Positions 62,028 to 64,000 of a DNA stretch of 64,000 bases are shown piece after piece. Source of the DNA: Chiloscyllium plagiosum (Eukaryota). The notes under the pieces are model-generated. The model searched no databases, was not told the origin of the DNA, and was given only the letters and a program-made list of their open reading frames with translations. A program made the translations under genes and the position numbers. The stretch spans positions 19,944,480 to 20,008,479 of the forward strand of contig NC_057719.1 in the NCBI RefSeq assembly GCF_004010195.1, written 5' to 3'. Every line of letters starts with the position of its first letter. The first letter of the stretch is position 1.

Positions 62028-63929
62028 TGGTAGACAGATTCTGAGGAGTCAGCAGTGGAAAGACTTTGTGGAGACTCGCTGTGGTATTCCTATTCCCTGA
62101 CCTGCCCTTGTGTCTATAGTAATTATGGGGCTAGTAGAATTCAGTTTCTGGTCAATGAAATCCTCCAGGATGTTGATAATGGGGGATTCAATGCTATTGA
62201 ATGTCAAAGGATTTACTCTTTCTAGAAATGGTGAATGTTTAGTACTCATGTGGCAAGAATGCGATTTGCTATTAATGAGTTCAAGTTTGGATGTTGTCCA
62301 TCTTTTTCACATTATAGACCACTGTGCTTCAGTATCTAAGGGTTAGTACATAGCAGTCACCATTGTACATTCATCAAAGAACATCCCCATGTCTGACATT
62401 ATAGTTTAGGGGAAGTCATTGATGAGGCAGTTAAAGATGATTTGATTGAGGATGCTATGCTGAAGAGCTCTTGCAAAAATGTCATGGGACTGGTATAATT
62501 GGCCTCAGACAGCCATCTTCCTTTGTGCTAAATTTGACTCCAACCAACAAAACCAGCTGGCACTCCTTGATGACAGACACATTCTTAATACTTTTTGACG
62601 TCAAGTCAGGTCACTCTTGTATCACACCTGGAATTTACTTCTTCTGTCCATCTTTGGGGCAAGACCAGTGAGCACAGGAGCTGGCAGAATCCAGAGTGAG
62701 TGTCAGTGATTACGGGTTGTCCGTTTGCAATTGTTGATTAATAATACTGTCGATAACCCTCTCTGTCGCTTTGCTGATAATTCAAAGTAGACTGATAGGG
62801 TGAGAATTGGCTGGACTGTATTGGGTCTATACAGGTTTTGTAGCTGTACTGGAACAGCTTAACAAGAGGCATGACTATTTCTGGGGCACGTCTCTTCACT
62901 AAAATTGTTGGAACATTGTCAGGGCATAATATTTGCAGTTTTTAGTGCTTTTGCAGTTCCGTGACATCATTCACTAATTGAATTAGTTGAAGTCTTGCAA
63001 CCTATGAGGTTGGGGAACTAAGGATAAATAAATCATCTGCTTTGACCTTCTAGTTAAAGGTGATTGCAAATGCTTCAGGTTTTAGTTTTACACTCCTCTG
63101 CTGGACACCCCCATTGTTGAGGAAGGGGAATTTTGTCAGGCATTTTCCTCATGATTTTTGTTTAGTTATTCACCACTATTCACAACTGAATGTGACTAAA
63201 ATACAATCTTAAATAAGATCTGTTGGTTGTAGGATCATGCAGCCCTGACTATGGCATACTGCTTCTACGTAGCATACAATTATTCCTGTGTTGAACCTTC
63301 ATCAGGCTGACATCTAAGTTTTAGGTATACCCTCCCGCATATTCCCAAATAGTTTGGGAAGTGCTGGTGTAGAAGTCATAGGATAAGAAAGAACTTCAGA
63401 CAACTGCAACCCTCTTCAAATGCATAGAATGAATGCATTTGGGATTTATAAACATTGAAGAACATTTAGTGAGGAGCATATCGCTTAATTATTGATTACA
63501 GAACTTTTCTATGATGCAAGATGTGGCAGTGAAGAATTCACAGGTTGACAATATGGAGAGGACCTCAAAAAGTAATTCCATTTTCCTCGACATGAAGCTA
63601 AGCAGAGCAAAATCAAGTGGAGCCTGCAAGCTTATGGGGGCATGGGAGATATGTTTGGAGGGGGTTAGGGGTTGGGTGATAGCATTAACTTGAAGTTACA
63701 GTTCTATTTCTGTAATTTTAGCAGCAAGTTGGCAGACCTATGGGGAAATAATTGAAAATGGCTATTTCTGCCATGTCCCCTTTTCCTGCTCATCTATTTG
63801 TCTCCGAATAAATTTACTGTCAGAGAAACAGGAGAAGTTCTACTGAGCTTCAAGATCAGAGTATTTGATTGTTGAAGATGATAAAATCACTACCCAATGG
63901 GAGAATCAAGATAAATCATAATGCTAAGG

Positions 63930-64000
63930 TGAGGTGATGGCCTAGTGGTATTATCACTGGACTATTAATCCAGGTCAGGTTCTGGTTATTTGGGTTCAAA
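63930..64000 (+). mobile_element. Head of a tRNA SINE (family C), truncated by the window end
   Basis: TGGCCTAGTGGTATTATCACTGGACTATTAATCCAG...GGGTTCAAA matches 36158-36230. Confidence 0.75.

Larger units (their letters stand above)
60715..63330 (-). mobile_element. Old LINE (second CR1/L2-like family), interrupted by a SINE and a HER1 insert
   Basis: The minus strand at ~62360-62430 reads CLINDFP..GMFFDECTM (decayed RT motif). 3' tail similarity at 60715-60870. Confidence 0.65.

Overview
Repeat-dominated, AT-rich vertebrate DNA with no intact protein-coding gene that I can support. The HE1-type tRNA SINEs, HER1/CR1-type LINEs and abundant Penelope-like elements (PLEs) point to a shark (elasmobranch) genome; this is inferred from family recognition, not a database search. 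The first ~5.2 kb is a compound pentanucleotide satellite (GGCAA/GGCAT/GGTAA/GACAA) with a 500-N gap. It is punctuated by ~130-bp PLE 3' cassettes, and each complete cassette begins with a minimal type I hammerhead ribozyme motif (CTGAAGA-A-GGGCTTATACCC-GAAAC-GTC). The result is a retrozyme-like, ribozyme-punctuated higher-order repeat, the most interesting object here. Elsewhere there are hammerhead-bearing PLE derivatives of about four families, including ~100-bp hammerhead-first mini-inserts and fold-back palindromes with clear target-site duplications (TSDs). The window also holds many CR1-clade LINE fragments, several SINEs, a 231-bp solo LTR, and a decayed histone H2B pseudogene whose N-tail coding segment is triplicated. 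Boundaries of old repeats are approximate (tens of bp).
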